Both the position numbers and the translations under genes were made by a program. A stretch of DNA of 64,000 bases from Bugula neritina (Eukaryota > Animalia > Bryozoa), in NCBI GenBank assembly GCA_964035545.1, contig OZ037765.1, forward strand, positions 1,302,001 to 1,366,000. Reading direction: 5' to 3'. Of the stretch, positions 57,464 through 64,000 are shown piece by piece. Positions within the stretch are counted from its first letter, which is position 1, and each line of letters starts with the position of its first letter. The notes under the pieces were generated by a model. The model worked only from the letters and a program-made list of their open reading frames with translations. It ran no database searches and was not told the DNA's origin.

Positions 57464-60400
57464 TTATATATAGTCTGTATAGAAATTATACAACCAAAGT
57501 ATAAACTGGGTATTGGAGAGATGTCTGGAGTTCAACAAGATGATGGAGGGGGGGGTACTATATTTCTGGTAGACGTCCCCCAACTAGCTTAATCTTTTCG
57601 AAACCTTCATTCTAAATAAACAAGATATGCATTAGATGGCTGCTGTGTGACTGATATTCAACAGAGAACAATTCAATGCAGCCATAAGTTAGCTGTAGGC
57701 TGAATACTTCAACAACGAGTTCAACTTACACGGTAAATCCATAATGTGAGTAAAAAGACCATAGAAGGAGTCTATAATTTATAATCTATGATGTATAATC
57801 TATAGTATACAATCTATAATCTATAATCTAGAGTCTACAATACTAAAGGACAAGTTTGAAAGTTTTTTTGAAAAGCCTCAAAGATGAACATCCAAAAGAT
57901 GAAACACAAAACACAAAAAAACTTGAACTTCTACATCTTTGGTATTAAAAACAGTATAAAAACTTTAACATAGATTAGAACGGAAGTAAAATATTATACA
58001 CGGAAACTAAAGGTAAGTGATAGAGTGTACGTTATATTACAGGAGAGTGTATGTTACATTACAGGAGAGTGTACGTTATATTACAGCTAAGTGTACGTTA
58101 TATTACAGGTGAGTGTACGTTATATTACAGGTAAGTGTACGTTATATTACAGGTAAGTGTACGTTATATTACAGGTGAGTGTACGTTATATTACAGGAGA
58201 GTGTACGTTACATTACAGGTGAGTGTACGTTATATTACAGGTGAGTGTACGTTATATTACAGGTGAGTGTACGTTATATTACAGGAGAGTGTACGTTATA
58301 TTACAGGAGAGTGTACGTTACATTACAGGTGAGTGTACGTTATATTACAGGAGAGTGTACGTTATATTACAGGTAAGTGTACGTTATATTACAGGTGAGT
58401 GTACGTTATATTACAGGTAAGTGTACGTTATATTACAGGTGAGTGTACGTTATATTACAGGAGAGTGTACGTTACATTACAGGTGAGTGTACGTTATATT
58501 ACCTTATCTTTCTTGCTGCTGAGTTTACCAAACAGCTGGTCCCCCTTCGTCTTGAACCCCACATTCACATCTTCGTCATCGTCGTCGCTCCAGGCGCAGG
58601 TCTGGGCGGCTGGCAACTCGCCAGGTTTACCTTGAGCTCCTTCTACTAGCCTCATATACTTGTATTCTAACCTGTGAATAGCATGTGCTATACTTGTATT
58701 CTAACCTGTCAATAGCATGTGCTATACCTGTATTCTAAATTACCTACGTTGTGTGCTATACTTGAACTTTTCCAACTTACTTTCTGCTACGTTTCCAGCA
58801 GCAGACGGCACACAGGAAGAGCAGCAGGACCACCAAAGTTGTACTTGCAACGGCTATCTTGATTGGCAGAGTGAGGAGAGTGCACTTTTCCACAGACTGT
58901 CTGTTTCTTATCTCTTCTGTCATTGGACAATACCTACCCAAGATAAAACCAGCTAATTTAATTTGTAATTTATTACGGAAACTCTTACATGGTGAAATAT
59001 CTAGATTCTAGAATATATTTCAGTTACTACATCTAATACAGACTACAGAGAGCGTAATTAGGGCAATATACGGGATTCAACTTTCATACAAGGATCGCTT
59101 GGTGATGTCACAAAGAACTTTAGCCTGTGTTACACAAGTTACTGCCAGTTACTGACAGTCTAAACTAGAAAGATTTCAGTAAAAATAAATTGATTACTCA
59201 ACAACATATTTTATAACGGAAGTATTGCTGTCAGATGCCCTCAGTCATGTGACTAACAAGTCACAAACCTAGAAACTAACCAATAGCCGGGCCGTGGTAG
59301 CTTTTTTTCATAATAAGCATGTCTATAATAGAAGTGAAACATCCGTTATGTAAACAAAGCAACTAAAGACAACACTAACAGCTACCAGATGCGACGCAAT
59401 GTTAACTTAGACTATCAGCACTAGAAATTTTCTACCAAGGTTTTCCCACACACACAAGGAATTGTCTTCCCCTCAAACACACTATACAACACATAACATA
59501 CTTGTCCGGCATGTATCTCACAGTCTGTAGTCCCCCCTCGCACTGTCCCACAATCCTCTCATAGTGGGAGTCGTCACACTTGGGACACGCTAATTTAGTC
59601 CTCCATCTTATCTGGTAGGTGCAGCCGTCACACGTACCACCATAGCATTTGGGGGGAAGTGCCATTGAACCTGAAATAAAATATATATAATAAAATATAT
59701 ATAATAAAATATATTAATACAATATAATACAACATACACAATAAAATATAACAAAAAATATATAATAGAATATATATAACATATAAAATATAATATATAT
59801 ATCAAATTGGTCAGGTTGTAAGTATGACACAATATAATAAAATTATGTGTACTTTATAGCCATAGTATCAGACTATGACACAATACTGACACCAACTGAC
59901 ACTAACTGAGACAATACTGACATCAACTGACCATTGTCAACTTCCCTCGTGTCACATATCAATGTCACAACTGTGGAGATTCCCTGAGGGCAGTTATCTG
60001 TAGGGAGGTAGGTTACGTACTTGAAGTGTATGCTTAGTTCATCATCTGCAAGAGTAAGTATATGTAGAATATGTACTTACAGTGTAGAATACGTACTTCC
60101 AATGTAAAATGTGTACTTACAATACATGTAGAATGTGTAAAATATAAAATACATGCATGACATGACGGCTATTTTCATTTTCTGCTTATAACTAAACACA
60201 ATTACATAATTTGTGAAATTCCTATAACTTTTGCATTACACTTTAAAAAAGAAACTCCCAAAAAAACATTAGTAAATTTTTCCATTGTATAGTGAATGAC
60301 TATTGTCTATTTTCATATTCTGAGCTGAATAACTAAAGTTTAAATTGTAGAAAAACTTGCAATTGCATCACACTTTGAGGCAAAATTAGAAATAGCATGT

Positions 60401-63400
60401 TTACCATGAATATTGGTTCCACCCTTTTTCAGGAGTTCTCTATCAATTTGATTATTGACAGTAACATTGGCCAGCCAGTCTCCCAGACTGGTGGGTTGAA
60501 TTGAGAGAACAGACTCAGCTGGTAGAATTGTCTCTCTGCACACCAACGAGCTGACAGTGTCTCCCTTACCCTAAGATATCAGAGTAGATCAAAGTACACA
60601 GTCTCTCTCTTGCAGTCAGTCGATACGACTACGACTGTTTTATGGATTCGGCTTAAATTTGGTTGCACAGTAGTACATAGTAAATCATAGTATATAATAG
60701 TGCATAGTATATAATATTATGTAGTATATCACAGTACACAGTAAATCTATATTTTAACATGGATACAATTTTCTGAAAAACATTACCCAAATAATATTGA
60801 TTATATCTAAAAGTTGGTCATGATAGTCATAGCTAGTTGTTGAGTAAATTAGGTCAACTAGCTAGTATTTTGCATTATGAGTAGATTAAACAGTAAAGGC
60901 ATCAATTTATATACAAATTAGCAGTTGAATTGTATCATTTAGCTGTTCAAATAGTTAGATAACTAGTGAGTTAGTCAGTGACTGAGTGAGTAAGTTGAAC
61001 AAGGAGTGAGATGAGTCAGTCTGATCAGTCAGTAAATCACATCCTGAAAAGTTCAAGTAATTATTTCAAGAAAATGAAATATAGAATAATTATAAATATA
61101 ATAGACAAGGCTAACAAGCAATATTAAAGAACAGAGTGAAAGGCAGGGCATAGCTAGTGACTGTCTAGCATTACTAGTCACAACTAAAAGTAAGCTAGGC
61201 TTGTGATGTGACTGATCTATCAGGAAAGAGCCAACCTCTGTTTGTGATTTGTAAAAAAATATTACTAGTGAATATAAATCCTATCATAAATTAACGAAAC
61301 CAGCTTTTTACAACTACAAACCAAAATGAAAATTATGGTTATTTCACAGTAGAAGACAACTTCAAATCAGACTGTAGTAACACATTTTGTTTTTTTTTAA
61401 AAAGCACTCAAATTGATAAAAACAATTCTAGTAACTACTGTACAGCATTACTAAATCATTGGTAAATTTTGACTGTGAATTTCCAATTCCTAACGCAAAT
61501 GTTTTTAAAACTATCTACCACGTCGACTAAACAGCCAGACTTAAGTTGCGTTTATACCTTCACGATTTTCGGTCAAAATTTCAATTTGGCCGGGTTGAAA
61601 TTTCTCCGAGTTGCATTGCATTGTAAAAGCCACCCGTTGAAATTTTTGTACTGCGATAACTTAATCGGCCAATTTTAGAATAAGAGTAATAACTCCTTGT
61701 AAACATCGTTATTTAGTTATTACTTTGGCGATTAGACAACGTACTTATATGGTTATAATTATATAGCCTACGCCTTCTCAATTATCGTCTTTATGCTTTC
61801 CGCTTCACTAATTCACGACGTTTACAAAGGGCATCAAATAGCTATTATGCGAGTCAAATTTTAATTTCAGAAAGTGAGCAACCGCATCAATATGATTTCA
61901 ACGAGTTTCAGCTTGACTATAAAGGGGTACCCGGACAAGCATTATTAACTTAAACTCGGTACTTTTTTCAGCAGAGGTATAAACGCAACTAGAGTCATGT
62001 CTGTGACCAGAGTCAGCGTACACAGCTGATGCTAGATTGTCACATCACAATCCTTAAATATTGAAGTGACTGCAGCGAAAGAGAAACTTTTACAACCTCT
62101 GTCAAAGAGCTTTCATATTAAAAGGCTATCTGCTACTCAGAAATTTCATATCATTATAAAGTTTGAAACCGACAGAATTTATCCCACAAGGTTTAGCATA
62201 GGAAGAAAGCAAACCTTCTTGGGACACACGCCTATAGAATATGACATGAAGTCTGTTATATACTGTTGGCTAGAATCAGCATGTCCCAAGCTTGTTCACA
62301 ATACAGAAATACTGAATAGCATAAAGACCAACAAGTGAACATTGAAAGAATTTAGCAATAAAAATTTCTCCTTTGATGCAGCTAATAATAAAACATCTAG
62401 CCTGATAACCCCAATAGAAATATCTACGTAGTTGGTGATGTCTTAGCAGGTGTCCTACCTTTGTACCGGTGAGCTTACTGCGAGAACTCAAGCCACACTT
62501 TGGTTTAGTTATCGGCATTTCGATTGAACAAAGCGTGAAATTTATAGCCGAAAAGTAGAGAGCTCCGTCAAACATTAGAGTTACGTTGAAGTAATGCAGG
62601 CTGAAACAACAAAGTTACAACAACCAAGCTGTAAATACTAGCAGGTCTACGGACAGCTGGAAGATAGTGGACAGTCAGACTAGTCTATGCAATGGGGTCT
62701 ACAGTTATACAGCAAATAGTTTACTTGACAATATTGCTCAAGAAGTCAATGTTACATTGGACTAGAAATTAGTTTGATTTTACTGAACCGCAAAAGCTGT
62801 CAGGAGTTATCTTACTTATTAAAGATTTCTAATGGTAAAGCATTAATGTTGCTACTTGTAGTTGTTTAATCAAGTAAAGAGTTTATTACGGGCAGTACAC
62901 AAGTCTATGACCATAAAAACCTCGAAAACTCTGTAAATTTTGAAATATCTCTGTGGAAAACATGGCTACTGGTGAAAATTTAAAAATTAAGAATAAAGAA
63001 ATGTTCAAATTGAGTTTAACTAAACAAGTAATTTCTAACACACTTAAACAATCACAGATGTGTCACAGGAAGGTTGATGATATAAAGCAGCCATATTTTT
63101 CACAGTCCTTAATATACGATTAAACTAGGCAGTTGGTAGCTAAAGGTTAGAAGTAAAGCTTTTCTGGCAGTTGTAAATAAAAAGAGTAAACGGCTTGTTA
63201 GAAGCGAGAAAATAAGCCAAATAACAGCAAATATATAACCTTAACACAACGCCTAACATAAAACAAGTAACCATGACAACCGAATGTGCCGTCACCTTGA
63301 CCTTCACCTTCAGGCTGTACTGCCAGGAAACACATTTACAACGATTTCCCCGGATAACCTTGATTAGCCCTTACCCTGTAATAGCTGTCAATGGTTGCGT

Positions 63401-64000
63401 TGTTTATACAAGTAATATGTGGAGGCTTGGACAGTCTTTTAGTAGCACCAGAGCATAAGACAAAGTTAAAATTGTGGTGGAATGTGGTCCCATCAGCAGT
63501 GAACATGTTGGCACCAGCAAATGTTTGTGCACTACAACATTGTTAGCGTTATGTGTTAGTAGGCTATATATACATGTATATATATAATTCAGCAGTTAAG
63601 AATTCTATTGAAAAATGTTACACAAAAGCAACAAATGTAATTAAGCGATCACGTGATAAACACAATCTAATAAAAAGAGTTAGTTATGTAACGAACGCTT
63701 ACGTCTTTCTGGATATTTCCCATGTATTACACCCCAATATCTTTCCTTAATTCAAAATTACTATCGGATGAAATGCAGTAGTAAACAAGCATAGCTTTCA
63801 GTAACCAAACCTCTTAGAGCAAAGAGCACAAATAAGCTGATAAACAACCACCAATCAGAAAGCAGGGCTCACCCGGAGAGAGAAGACAAGTCAAACTTCA
63901 TGCCGTCATACACAAACTGGCAGTCACTGACACACATGGTGTGGTCCTCGTTGTTAACAAGGCCTGGGCCACATGGGATACACGTAAAACTGTCTTGTGC
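57464..64000 (-). CDS. ELAPOR: ELAPOR1/2 (KIAA1324/UPF0577) homolog, 3' part; gene continues beyond the window
   Basis: CIPCGPG..NNEDHTMCVSDC, GTCDGC..W....ACPKC....Y..IVGQCEGGLQ, TM helix, KLEYKYMRLV..ELPAAQTCA, NEGFEKIKL. Exons about 64000-63873, 63531-63375 (or 62600-62459), ~60571-60405, ~60045-59931, ~59670-59501, ~58933-58781, ~58671-58503, ~57611-57464. The stop position depends on a homopolymer. Confidence 0.87.
58015..58502. repeat. 21/22-bp minisatellite (GTGAGTGTACGTTATATTACAG on +), about 22 copies, starting at the ELAPOR last-intron donor
   Basis: Visible tandem array abutting AAG|GTAATATAAC on the - strand at 58503/58502. Confidence 0.95.
61544..61990. mobile_element. Candidate MITE with 16-bp terminal inverted repeats (PIF/Harbinger-like termini)
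   Basis: AGTTGCGTTTATACCT at 61544-61559 and its exact reverse complement at 61975-61990; no coding capacity; the TSD is imperfect (TAA/TAG). Confidence 0.55.

Noticed and set aside
62060-62400. Possible third alternative ELAPOR exon
   Set aside because: Candidate acceptors lead to early stops or lack the shared NF.LC motif and matching phases.

Overview
AT-rich, intron-containing eukaryotic DNA from an invertebrate animal; the taxon cannot be fixed from sequence alone. By following GT-AG boundaries and reading frames by hand I reconstructed nine spliced or single-exon host genes: an RGS-domain gene (+), a C2orf42 homolog (-), an MFS sugar-porter-like ORF with an intronless CDS (+), a 2-TM PPxY adaptor-like gene (-), a head-to-head pair of Cys-loop SPFH/Band-7 paralogs with near-identical 3' halves, a CNBD1-like gene (+), an SLC7A6OS/Iwr1 homolog (-) and the 3' part of an ELAPOR/KIAA1324 homolog (-). 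The most unusual object is a very young 5.3-kb Ty3/gypsy-type LTR element (41734-47010). Its 353-bp LTRs differ at one base, and it has an ATAT TSD, a tRNA-Leu PBS, a PPT and a -1 frameshift signal. It lacks RT, RNase H and the integrase core, yet keeps an open Gag / protease / integrase-Zn-finger frame. In the env position it carries an apparently spliced ORF encoding tandem C2H2/C2HC zinc fingers plus a coiled coil. Other window-wide signals: tandem repeats and short duplications anchored on splice junctions, a candidate mutually exclusive exon pair in ELAPOR, a GC-AG intron in one SPFH paralog, and hexamer-periodic, palindrome-rich tracts flanking inferred promoters. All homology calls come from motif recognition, not database searches.
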